From an uncultured Gammaproteobacteria bacterium (GTDB lineage: Bacteria; Pseudomonadota; Gammaproteobacteria; Methylococcales; Methylococcaceae), in the NCBI GenBank assembly GCA_963753955.1, contig CAVWEM010000024.1, positions 68,810 through 92,809 on the forward strand: DNA of 24,000 bases, given 5' to 3'. Shown one piece after another: positions 8,720 to 16,609 of this stretch. Position numbers and translations under genes: made by a program. The notes beneath the pieces are model-generated. The model saw nothing but the letters and a program-made list of their open reading frames with translations. It was not told the DNA's origin and searched no databases. Every line of letters starts with the position of its first letter. The stretch's first letter is position 1.

Positions 8720-8822
8720 CTCTTCTAAGCGTTGCTCAAGCTTTTGTTCTTTAAAGATTTCTTGTTTTTTTGGCGTTCCGGGTCAGTTTGTTGGACGGGA
8801 ATTGAGCCTGTTTTATACCGGC

Positions 8823-9221
8823 TCAATCCAACGTTTTTTTTAAGAATCTATAAACAGCGGTGTTGCTTCGCTTGATCCCCGTGGTTTCCTCAATGCGGTG
8901 TCGAGCCTCACTAATGGTAGCAGGCGGTTTTTCAGCAATCGCTTCTTCAATTTTGTCGCGATGCAATGCTAGAACACTTTCTGGCTTGTGAAAATTAAGC
9001 TTCCGAATCCGATCCAATCCACCCTCTTGGTATTCGCGAAGATAACGGGCCAATGTGGCTCGCCCTCGAATATTGCTCAATTGACAGATTTGATGATGGG
9101 GCATTCCCAGAGATTTGTAGTACAAGACCTCCATTTTTTGACGGACACGCGGATGAGGATGGTATCGCTTTTCATACAGCAACTGCTCAACGGTTTCCGG
9201 AGAAAATTCTAGGCGAATCAT
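8823..9221 (-). CDS. IS630 transposase, N-terminal HTH part (orfA)
   Basis: 132-aa helix-turn-helix-type N-terminal region. It ends in a T8/A8 tract (8834-8841). Confidence 0.85.
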   Translation of the reverse strand: MIRLEFSPETVEQLLYEKRYHPHPRVRQKMEVLYYKSLGMPHHQICQLSNIRGRATLARYLREYQEGGLDRIRKLNFHKPESVLALHRDKIEEAIAEKPPATISEARHRIEETTGIKRSNTAVYRFLKKTLD

Positions 9222-9308
9222 ATCTTACTGAACTTGGGGATGTGTTTTTGGGCGTAGGTGTGGTTCAAAGCATTATACAGGAATTCGTAAAATGTTTTAT
9301 TTATTAGT

Positions 9309-9647
9309 TTAACAAGTATAATTTCCGTCCAAGAACTCGGAACACATGAACCGCTCCACACCGTCTGCCACCTCCCAATTCAGCGGAGGCAACATTTCAA
9401 GATGTTCGGTCCAGTACTCCAGGTTGGTTTCCTCGGGATCACGCAGGTAAAACCGGCGCTGGCATTCCAGGAACGCCGCCCAAGTGATGACCTCGTAATC
9501 ATCCGGCCCGCCGCTGTGATCGGCGGGGATTTTGGCCCGCCCGGCCTCGGCATACTCCGGGCTTTTGTAGAGATTCCAGGCTGAAGGACTTTCATCCTGA
9601 GCCTTGCTCGCCAGCACAAAACACGCTGGTTGTTCTTGGGTTGTCAT
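9309..9647 (-). pseudogene. Hypothetical protein, 3' end replaced by IS630 copy 1
   Basis: 112-aa ORF whose last 2 residues and stop come from IS sequence. ATG 9647 is preceded by GAGGAGCAGACC. The reconstructed pre-insertion protein is about 146 aa. Confidence 0.7.
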
Positions 9648-9709
9648 GGTCTGCTCCTCAAAATGTGGAAAGGGGCAGACATCCCCACGGGGCGCTGCCC
9701 CTTGGGGTA
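9648..9709 (-). repeat. Intercistronic hairpin + RBS module, copy 2 of 3
   Basis: The - strand reads ACCCCAAGGGGCAGCGCCCCGTGGGGATGTCTGCCCC-TTTCCACATTTT-GAGGAGCAGACC-ATG. The hairpin begins 14 nt after the upstream stop codon. Confidence 0.7.
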
Positions 9710-9722
9710 AGTCATGCTTGGC

Positions 9723-10055
9723 TCAGTCGTCGGCAAAGACGACCCACAGGCCGTCCATGAATCCGTTGGCCCGGCCTGACGGCAGTTTCAGCCGCACGGT
9801 CGGGCCTCGGATGTCGCCGTCGAAGCGGGCTTCGATGCCGACATTGAGTTCATGCAACAGCCTTTGGATTTCCATCTCGACGCCCTCCACCGCCAATTCT
9901 TCCCCATATTCCATGGCAAGTTCGCGGTGCCGGGACGATAGAGCCTTAAGCCTTTCGGCAACCAATCTGGCCAACAGGGGCGGAACCCCTTCATCAGCCA
10001 AAACAGCGTCCAAGGCATCAGGATTTCTGAAGGTATCGAAAATCGCGCTTAACAT
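9723..10055 (-). CDS. Hypothetical protein (110 aa)
   Basis: ORF with coding-like composition. ATG is preceded by GAGGAGCAGACC. No motif recognised. Confidence 0.6.
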   Translation of the reverse strand: MLSAIFDTFRNPDALDAVLADEGVPPLLARLVAERLKALSSRHRELAMEYGEELAVEGVEMEIQRLLHELNVGIEARFDGDIRGPTVRLKLPSGRANGFMDGLWVVFADD

Positions 10056-10126
10056 GGTCTGCTCCTCGAATTGAATGAACAGGGGCAGACCAACCCAAGG
10101 GCTTGTCTGCCCCTAGGGGTGGTTGG
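10056..10126 (-). repeat. Intercistronic hairpin + RBS module, copy 3 of 3
   Basis: The - strand reads ACCCCTAGGGGCAGACAAGCCCTTGGGTTGGTCTGCCCC-TGTTCATTCAATTC-GAGGAGCAGACC-ATG. The stem is 9 bp (GGGGCAGAC/GTCTGCCCC). Confidence 0.7.
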
Positions 10127-10201
10127 TTAAAAACGCTTATCCGCCAAGGCAAGCCTTGGCCGACATGGGTCAACGGTTATCGAGTGCCGCCAGCGCGAGA
10201 T

Positions 10202-10456
10202 TCACAAAGTTTCCCAGTGCTCGCCGCGCGAATATTGGATTTCGGTGCAACCGGCATGGGCAGCCGCCCAATCAAGCGGGGCGAAAGCCGCCTCGCTATC
10301 TTGGGCGTCGCTACGGCCCAAGTAGTAAACCTCGCCATCATCGTCAAGCAGACGAAAGCGGCAAGGCAATTCGGCGAGACGGCCATCGAGGGGGAAGTTT
10401 CCCACCCCGATGACGCGCCCGTCGTCCAAGTAATCGTCGGTGATCACCCAGCGCAT
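10202..10456 (-). CDS. Hypothetical small protein (84 aa)
   Basis: ORF 9 nt downstream of the preceding gene's stop. Acidic, Asp-rich sequence. No motif recognised. Confidence 0.55.
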   Translation of the reverse strand: MRWVITDDYLDDGRVIGVGNFPLDGRLAELPCRFRLLDDDGEVYYLGRSDAQDSEAAFAPLDWAAAHAGCTEIQYSRGEHWETL

Positions 10457-10465
10457 GGCCGCTCC

Positions 10466-11032
10466 TTACAGCAGGCCATGTTCGGCAAACGAGTAAATCA
10501 CGTCGCCGACCACGAAATGGTCGAGCACGCGGATGTCGATCAAGTCTAGTGCCTGTTTTAGCCGCATCGTGATGTGCTTGTCGGGGAATATCTCGTTTTG
10601 GGCAGGCTGCCCGTCTTCGCCGTCGGCAGGCTGTCCATCGTTTGGAGGTTTCGCCACACCCGGCTTGTTGCGCCTGGATGTCGCTTTGGTTTTGGATTGG
10701 AGCGTCTCTTCCCCGGCTTCCGGGCCAATCGGATTGGCGTCGGCCAAAAGTGCGAATTCCGCTTGCCCGCCGGGCAGATCGTCAATCGCCGCCAGGGCCA
10801 ATGACGCCAAAGTGGCGCGGATTTCAATGACCATGCGGCCACCGGCCACATAGCTGGCGGGAAAAATTTCGGCAATGCCGAACTCGCCTTGGTAATGGCC
10901 TTCGCCGTATTGACCGAGGAACTCGTCACGCAAAACGAACTCGCCGATGTCGGTGACCAGCCGACCGACCGAGAAGTCGCCGTTGCGGCCGCGGACCGAG
11001 CGTATGTATAAATTTCCTGGGAGGTTGATCAT
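10466..11032 (-). CDS. Hypothetical protein (about 188 aa)
   Basis: I prefer ATG 11032 ('MINLPGNLYIRSV...', AGAGG upstream) over the longer track start at 11080. It has a structured N-terminal half and a low-complexity, charged middle. No family recognised. Confidence 0.55.
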   Translation of the reverse strand: MINLPGNLYIRSVRGRNGDFSVGRLVTDIGEFVLRDEFLGQYGEGHYQGEFGIAEIFPASYVAGGRMVIEIRATLASLALAAIDDLPGGQAEFALLADANPIGPEAGEETLQSKTKATSRRNKPGVAKPPNDGQPADGEDGQPAQNEIFPDKHITMRLKQALDLIDIRVLDHFVVGDVIYSFAEHGLL

Positions 11033-11564
11033 GGGGGTTGCCTCTTGCTGAAACGCAAGGCACCTCCCATGACCGGGCAAGTGCCCTGTCAGGGTTGTGG
11101 GGTGTCCGGGGACGCTTAAATCCCCGGACGAATTGGAAAACGCGGCGGGCTTTTCACCTGCCGCCGCTGAATTAGGACCGCTGTCATGTCATTGGAGCGG
11201 TTGGGGACGTCTGCCCGCGACCATCCGAAGATTACGTTGATCGACGGAAGATAGATTATCGCGTCCAGGGAAGCGCAGACACGCCTGGAAAGCCTTTGGC
11301 TTTGGGTGCGGCTGAATCGCAGTCGCCACGAGTGAAAAATATATTCTACAACACCGGCATGAAAAATCGCAATGCAGAATGGGCTTCGCAATGGGCCTCC
11401 TGCCAAAATACCTTTTGGTTACTGGCAGGCAGAGGGTGAATCAAACGGTCAGACCGCTTCATATACAAGGAGGCAAGCTCCATCCAATAATCGTCATGAT
11501 GCTGGAGGTATTTACGCATCAGAACATCCCATACTCTACTGTGTTTCGTCCAAGCTACACTGGC

Positions 11565-12038
11565 TCACAAGTTTGCAAACGTCTTAAAAAAGTTCGCTCC
11601 AGCCTTCAGAACGTTGGCTAATTCCTTTGGAATACCTTCGTAGAATTCAACACCGTCAGGGCCAATTTTCTTCACTCTAGCCGCTAGAATTAATCCGCCA
11701 AGGACAAGCCCACCAACAGCCAAAGTAACTGGGTCAAATGCCTGAACTTGCGTCCGAGCTGCTTTTTCGACTGCTGTGCTACTCCACTCCCGGGCTGCAG
11801 GATCTGCATCAATCAATAGTAATGTAAGGGCTACCCGGCAAGCCTTACCTGCTTCAGTAGTACTAATGCTTGGCTCAGTGACCCAACTAGGTAAAGCGAT
11901 TTGTTGCCTACTTGTATAATTCTCAGTTTCCCTTATGACAGCATACGCTTGGAGTCCGTGTTTTGCAAACCACATTTGAGTCACTTCCGATAGTGCCTCA
12001 ATTGCTGCTATATCATTGATCTTGCTGACATCTATCAT
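11565..12038 (-). CDS. Membrane-anchored protein of unknown function (third gene of the protease operon)
   Basis: 157 aa; ATGA overlap with the upstream gene. One predicted TM helix 'VTLAVGGLVLGGLILAARV' lies near the C-terminus, followed by a short amphipathic tail. Confidence 0.65.
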   Translation of the reverse strand: MIDVSKINDIAAIEALSEVTQMWFAKHGLQAYAVIRETENYTSRQQIALPSWVTEPSISTTEAGKACRVALTLLLIDADPAAREWSSTAVEKAARTQVQAFDPVTLAVGGLVLGGLILAARVKKIGPDGVEFYEGIPKELANVLKAGANFFKTFANL

Positions 12039-12262
12039 ATCATTACCCTACGCATTGGCTGACCATGAGCTTGCCCAAGATCTTCTACAACAACTTTAAC
12101 ACCCTCAAAACTTTGAGGAATGTTTCTGCGGAAATTATCATCAACTGCTACAAGTAGAACAATGTTGCCGCTTCTCTTGGCGAGGCCAACAGACTGGAAG
12201 CCTGGTGTATTGTGGAGCTTCTTGATTAGCTCATCACGTTTTTCTATCAAGGAATGTGTCAT
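12035..12262 (-). CDS. Small protein (75 aa) of unknown function, translationally coupled to the protease
   Basis: ATG 12262 overlaps the protease TGA (ATGA). The track's longer start at 12292 would overlap the protease by 34 nt. The sequence 'QSVGLAKRSGNIVLLVAV...FEGVKVVVEDLGQA' weakly resembles the protease N-domain. Confidence 0.6.
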   Translation of the reverse strand: MTHSLIEKRDELIKKLHNTPGFQSVGLAKRSGNIVLLVAVDDNFRRNIPQSFEGVKVVVEDLGQAHGQPMRRVMI

Positions 12263-12693
12263 ATCAATTCTCCATCTATATGCTGGAGACACGAAAAGGC
12301 GGGGTGAAATAAGCTTCCCTTATGCGTGGCACCTACTAAAAAGCCAGCAGCCAATCCACTTTCCGTATAAACAAGTGCGCCGGAATCGCCTGGAGCGCTA
12401 CACGCTATACCATTATAGCTCGGGATAACGAAGTTGAGATCACCATAAAGATATTTCTTTCCGTTGGAAAATTTAATGGTGAAAGCGGCCAAGCAAGCCC
12501 CATCGAGAATGCCTTCAGAAAATCCTGATGTTCGACCCATCATATAAACCGGTTTCTCAAGATGTTCGATGAGACCATCTTGATCTAATACCCCTTTGAT
12601 TGGCATCCACCGACTCGTATTCCGAGGATCTATAACGACGTTCTCTTCAGGACATATATCTTCATCATCATAACTCTGCAACGGCAATATCAT
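12259..12693 (-). CDS. Trypsin-like (S1/chymotrypsin-fold) serine protease, C-terminal part carrying the catalytic Ser (frame-shifted)
   Basis: Contains 'GDSGALVY' (the GDSG nucleophile motif). Its frame opens only 2 codons upstream of its ATG and overlaps the upstream ORF by 26 nt. Confidence 0.7.
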   Translation of the reverse strand: MILPLQSYDDEDICPEENVVIDPRNTSRWMPIKGVLDQDGLIEHLEKPVYMMGRTSGFSEGILDGACLAAFTIKFSNGKKYLYGDLNFVIPSYNGIACSAPGDSGALVYTESGLAAGFLVGATHKGSLFHPAFSCLQHIDGELI

Positions 12694-13333
12694 TTTTATT
12701 TAGAACAGCATTAGGATCGTTCTGTTCTGAGTAATGCGTCAAATAGGAACATTTGGCTAGCGTTCCGACCCTATACTGTATATCAGCAACGATATCTGGA
12801 CGGCCAGGACTAATTATTGGATCACCATTCTGCGCTATATTATTGCAGCCAAAAACGTGTGCTGCGCTTGTAAAACCCTTAAATTCACCTTGTCGCTTAG
12901 GTTGCTTAAATTTTACAAATGCACCTAAAGAACCTGCCAAACCATGTATATGACTTACAGAGCTTCCTATAACCAATTGTTTATTACCTGAAATCTGCTT
13001 TGACACCGCAAGTGTTGGCATGACCGCCTGTGCGAAACCAATTACTTTTACTGATACCCTACTTGGCTCTTTTTTCTGTAGAGCCATAGCCTCGTTATAG
13101 GCCGAACCCTCATCTTTTTCCAGATAGATAGCTAATGCTTCTTTCCCATTTATAATGGTTTTAACCACTCCCAAGCGATTGCTAGGACGTTCGAGGATAA
13201 AACCTTCGTTATCATCTTGTCGGACGGGTTCTTTTCGATTCAAACTATCCAGAAAGTCCTTAATGATCTCTACAGTTTTTACGTTTGTGAAAGCAGACAG
13301 AACTGCTGTCGTGATTAGAGTTTCTAGAGCCAT
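12668..13333 (-). CDS. Trypsin-like serine protease, N-terminal part: N-domain plus catalytic His and Asp (frame-shifted)
   Basis: I prefer ATG 13333, preceded by AAGGAG. 'GSLGAFVKF...GFTSAAHVF' supplies the His motif and 'NDIAVAEL' the Asp motif. The ORF ends in TGATGATGA immediately after the Asp motif. Confidence 0.7.
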   Translation of the reverse strand: MALETLITTAVLSAFTNVKTVEIIKDFLDSLNRKEPVRQDDNEGFILERPSNRLGVVKTIINGKEALAIYLEKDEGSAYNEAMALQKKEPSRVSVKVIGFAQAVMPTLAVSKQISGNKQLVIGSSVSHIHGLAGSLGAFVKFKQPKRQGEFKGFTSAAHVFGCNNIAQNGDPIISPGRPDIVADIQYRVGTLAKCSYLTHYSEQNDPNAVLNKNDIAVAEL

Positions 13334-13691
13334 TTCAAAGTTCTCCTTCGCAGCAACGCCGAACAACTTTCCTTTTTATTCAGGCGAATTGAACTCATCG
13401 GTCAACCTACTGAATAAATTAAGCCCAGTTTTCATTAGGCAAGAAAATCTCGTTGTTATTATCATGCTAATGCTCAAATATAAACATTATCTGGGATCGA
13501 TCATAAAATCGCAAAATAGATTTTGCCGCAACGCCATCTGGCTCTCGAAAGGATCACGCCAGTAGAGTAGATCACATCAATCCCAAAAATCGGTCGAACA
13601 AGACACCCTCTTCAAGACTGAACGATGCACTTTACAGAAGGCTCTGTCAACCCCCTATGAACGATGAAGCCGTTTGACCAACCCTTGTTGG

Positions 13692-14117
13692 CTAAACGTA
13701 TAACTTGATGCCCACTCGTTGGGCAGCATTAGCCAAGTCGCCATCGAATACCAGGAAGCGGAAATCCAAGCCGGAGACGGCACGCCAAAGCGTTTCCACT
13801 GCCGCTAGATGCACACTGTCGTAACCTCGCAAGCGATGTGCTTCCGCCAAATCGCCCGCCCGGCGCACCAATTCATGAGTGACGCCAACGATCTCAAAAC
13901 TCGGCCAGTCGCGTTCAAAATCGCCGCGCCATGACGGGAGCCTGTCCTCGTATCCGGGCTGTTGCGCCTTGCGGGCAAATGCGGCACGGGTTTCGGCATA
14001 GGCGATTAGATGGGTCGCGCAAACCTTCGCCTCGGCAACCGCCGCCCGAACCCGGTCGGAGCCTGCTTCGTCCGCGTACAGCTTCACCACGGCGGAAGTG
14101 TCCAGGTAAAGGATCAT
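13692..14117 (-). CDS. vapC: PIN-domain toxin VapC
   Basis: 141 aa; N-terminal 'MILYLDTSAVVKLY' (PIN acidic residue context). ATGA overlap with the upstream antitoxin. Confidence 0.85.
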   Translation of the reverse strand: MILYLDTSAVVKLYADEAGSDRVRAAVAEAKVCATHLIAYAETRAAFARKAQQPGYEDRLPSWRGDFERDWPSFEIVGVTHELVRRAGDLAEAHRLRGYDSVHLAAVETLWRAVSGLDFRFLVFDGDLANAAQRVGIKLYV

Positions 14118-14404
14118 CCGCGCAATTCGCTGACGATTTCAGCGAGGTTTTGCTCGTCCGGGCCGATGCGAACCGGATTGGCCGAACCCATCGGCTTGTT
14201 GCCGTTGCCGGGAATGAGCCACGGCAAGGCGCGTAGCCGCGCAATGGACGCTTCCTCCAAGGTTTCCGGCGTGGCGTCCGCAGACACGGGGACGAGCCGC
14301 GCCAATGGCTTGCCGCGCAGCGTCACCAGCACTTCCTCGCCTAACGCCGCCCGGCGCAGGTATTCGGACAGATGGGATTTAAGATCTCGAACGTTGGTTT
14401 CCAT
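14114..14404 (-). CDS. vapB: Phd/YefM-type antitoxin (VapB role)
   Basis: 96 aa; N-terminal 'VRDLKSHLSEYLRRAALGEEVLVTLRGKPLARLVP' is typical of Phd/YefM-fold antitoxins. SD AAAGGTGA upstream. Confidence 0.8.
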   Translation of the reverse strand: METNVRDLKSHLSEYLRRAALGEEVLVTLRGKPLARLVPVSADATPETLEEASIARLRALPWLIPGNGNKPMGSANPVRIGPDEQNLAEIVSELRG

Positions 14405-14468
14405 GCAATCACCTTTGTGGTCATTTTTCGCTTATTGTAGTCACATCGCCATCGACAACACACAAATT

Positions 14469-15611
14469 TCATTGATGAGCGGGGGAACGGCTGGCGCAAA
14501 CCTGTCCCAAGCCAAACTTCCTCGCCTCCTTGGCGACGACGTTCAACGGGTTCTCCGCTTCGTCGGTGAAAAACAAATGTGCCTCGTCCAATACGACCAC
14601 TTCCGATACCCAATCCTGAACCCCGCGCAGGGCAGCCTGCCGGAATATCTGTTCGAGCCGGAAATACACGAACAGCTTTTTCTCGTCCGACGTGAGCGAG
14701 CGGATGTCATAACGCCATACCGGAATCTTGGGATCGAACGGCGGCTCGTCCGGTCGGAATATGCCGATGGCATTCAGGCTTTCCAACCGCTCCACCACGC
14801 TGCGCAATACGTCTTTTGAATCGTAGCGGATCAAGTCGTCCAACTCGCGTCCAGTGGCTATGCCTTGGATCGCGGCGGCGTAAGCCGCTATCGCTGCTTC
14901 TTTCAGTTTATCTAATTCGGGATCGGCTACCGGAGTATCGGCTTGGGGTTTCCCCAAGGTTTGCCGTATCTGACCCATCGCCTTGTTCCTGGCGTATATC
15001 GACCTCGCCTTCGCGTTGACTTGTTCCAATGCAGCCACCGCTTTGGCATCGGCTCCAAGGTATAGCGCCCTGAGTTTGGCGGCGGAGAAGCGGGCAGCGT
15101 CAAGCAAGGTTGGATATTTCTTCGGGTATTTCCGTGCTACCCCATCATCCAGCCGCCAGCTATCCGGCTTGTCTTCATAAAACCCGTTGGCGGCATAGAG
15201 GTCAGTCAGCAGCGCCCGCAATACCGCTTCCTGCCGAGTTCCCAATTGCCGGGAAGTCCGGTTCAGCGCCGCAATGAAGGACTGGATCTGCCGACGGACG
15301 CCGCCTCCATCGCGGTCTTGACTGACTGCTAATGGATTATGGCCATAGGCCGTGGCCTCGGAAAACTTCACTGTGGACGCACCGGCCAAATCAATGTCGC
15401 CGTGGACATCCAATACATGGATGCGCACCGGGCCATCGGCGGTTTTCGCCATCGCCTGGATTATCCGCCGCAGATTCCAGGTCTTGCCGGCCCCGGACGC
15501 ACCCATCACCAGCATGTGCGGGTTGATCGCCGTGCGGCTGTCCCAGACGACCGGGACATCCCGATTCTCGGTGCGCTTCAAGTAAGCGTTGGAACCCAGC
15601 AGGACACGCAT
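14469..15611 (-). CDS. HerA/FtsK-superfamily (DUF87/AAA_10-like) P-loop ATPase, probably 3'-truncated
   Basis: Walker A 'GASGAGKT' is near the N-terminus and Walker B 'VVVLDEAHLF' is about 300 aa later. 'KEARKFGLGQVCASRSPAHQ*' stops just after the segment that usually reads ...GRKxGxxxxxxSQxPxxx, where related ATPases continue. Confidence 0.65.
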   Translation of the reverse strand: MRVLLGSNAYLKRTENRDVPVVWDSRTAINPHMLVMGASGAGKTWNLRRIIQAMAKTADGPVRIHVLDVHGDIDLAGASTVKFSEATAYGHNPLAVSQDRDGGGVRRQIQSFIAALNRTSRQLGTRQEAVLRALLTDLYAANGFYEDKPDSWRLDDGVARKYPKKYPTLLDAARFSAAKLRALYLGADAKAVAALEQVNAKARSIYARNKAMGQIRQTLGKPQADTPVADPELDKLKEAAIAAYAAAIQGIATGRELDDLIRYDSKDVLRSVVERLESLNAIGIFRPDEPPFDPKIPVWRYDIRSLTSDEKKLFVYFRLEQIFRQAALRGVQDWVSEVVVLDEAHLFFTDEAENPLNVVAKEARKFGLGQVCASRSPAHQ

Positions 15612-15747
15612 CTCGTTCGCCTTGTGGTCAAATCAAATGGCAGGCCGAATTATCCTGCCGCAGGGATACGCTATCCAGCGAAAACCTTGTCAGCCCTTGG
15701 CAAGGGTTTTCGCTATCCATCGAATCGGTTTTGTTGGTTGACAATTT

Positions 15748-16010
15748 CTAGCGCCCCAGATAAACCGCCGTGACTTCTTCGCGGTTGTGGCCCATTTCCT
15801 GGCTGATAATGAGCCTGGCGGCAAGGTCGGCTTCCCGCTGTGCGGGCGTCAGTTCCCCGCGCCTTGGGCCTCCAGCATGGGGCGCTTTCCATCCGGTCAA
15901 TTCCAAATACCGATCTTGGGCATAGCCATGCCGTAGCCCGTGGGCTTTCCGGTCGCCTTCGGCGATACCGGCTTTCTTGGTTTCCCGCTCATAGAGATTC
16001 TTCTGGAATA
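15748..16010 (-). pseudogene. Tyrosine recombinase/integrase, C-terminal fragment (split by IS630 copy 2)
   Basis: The - strand translation is FQKNLYERETKKAGIAEGDRKAHGLRHGYAQDRYLELTGW...GHNREEVTAVYLGR*. It contains the HxxR box and the catalytic Tyr context. It joins in frame to 17175..17792 across the IS. Confidence 0.85.
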
Positions 16011-16107
16011 TACTTGTTAAACTAATAAATAAAACATTTTACGAATTCCTGTATAATGCTTTGAACCACACCTACGCCCAAAAACACATCCCCAAGTTCA
16101 GTAAGAT

Positions 16108-16506
16108 ATGATTCGCCTAGAATTTTCTCCGGAAACCGTTGAGCAGTTGCTGTATGAAAAGCGATACCATCCTCATCCGCGTGTCCGTCAAAAAATGGAG
16201 GTCTTGTACTACAAATCTCTGGGAATGCCCCATCATCAAATCTGTCAATTGAGCAATATTCGAGGGCGAGCCACATTGGCCCGTTATCTTCGCGAATACC
16301 AAGAGGGTGGATTGGATCGGATTCGGAAGCTTAATTTTCACAAGCCAGAAAGTGTTCTAGCATTGCATCGCGACAAAATTGAAGAAGCGATTGCTGAAAA
16401 ACCGCCTGCTACCATTAGTGAGGCTCGACACCGCATTGAGGAAACCACGGGGATCAAGCGAAGCAACACCGCTGTTTATAGATTCTTAAAAAAAACGTTG
16501 GATTGA
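16108..16506 (+). CDS. IS630 transposase, N-terminal HTH part (orfA)
   Basis: Translation is identical to 8823..9221. It ends at the A8 tract 16488-16495. Confidence 0.85.
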   Translation: MIRLEFSPETVEQLLYEKRYHPHPRVRQKMEVLYYKSLGMPHHQICQLSNIRGRATLARYLREYQEGGLDRIRKLNFHKPESVLALHRDKIEEAIAEKPPATISEARHRIEETTGIKRSNTAVYRFLKKTLD

Positions 16507-16609
16507 GCCGGTATAAAACAGGCTCAATTCCCGTCCAACAAACTGACCCGGAACGCCAAAAAAACAAGAAATCTTTAAAGAACAAAAGCTTGAGCAACGC
16601 TTAGAAGAG

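Larger units (their letters stand above)
8155..9318 (-). mobile_element. IS630-family insertion sequence, copy 1 (1164 bp)
   Basis: It is the reverse complement of 16011..17174; I found one difference (G8209 vs A17120). It is flanked by TA (8153-54 and 9319-20), the IS630/Tc1-mariner target duplication. Ends are TACTT.../...AAGTA. Confidence 0.9.

Noticed and set aside
11116-11406. 96-aa - strand ORF upstream of the hypothetical gene cluster
   Set aside because: The translation is Arg/Ser/Pro-rich and irregular with no RBS. The region more likely holds regulatory DNA, for example the hairpin GTCCGGGGA-N7-TCCCCGGAC at 11104-11128.
11346-11519. 57-aa ORF (MRKYLQHHDDYWMEL...) in the same frame as, and just after, the TGA of the membrane-anchored protein: possible fourth gene or read-through extension
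   Set aside because: It has no convincing RBS, is below the usual size threshold, shows no motif and straddles the compositional boundary. The in-frame arrangement may be chance, so it is worth only a homology check.
14010-14819. 269-aa + strand ORF spanning vapC, vapB and the ATPase 3' end
   Set aside because: It is antisense to three well-supported - strand genes and crosses their intergenic gaps. The sequence is Ser/Arg/Pro-rich and not protein-like.
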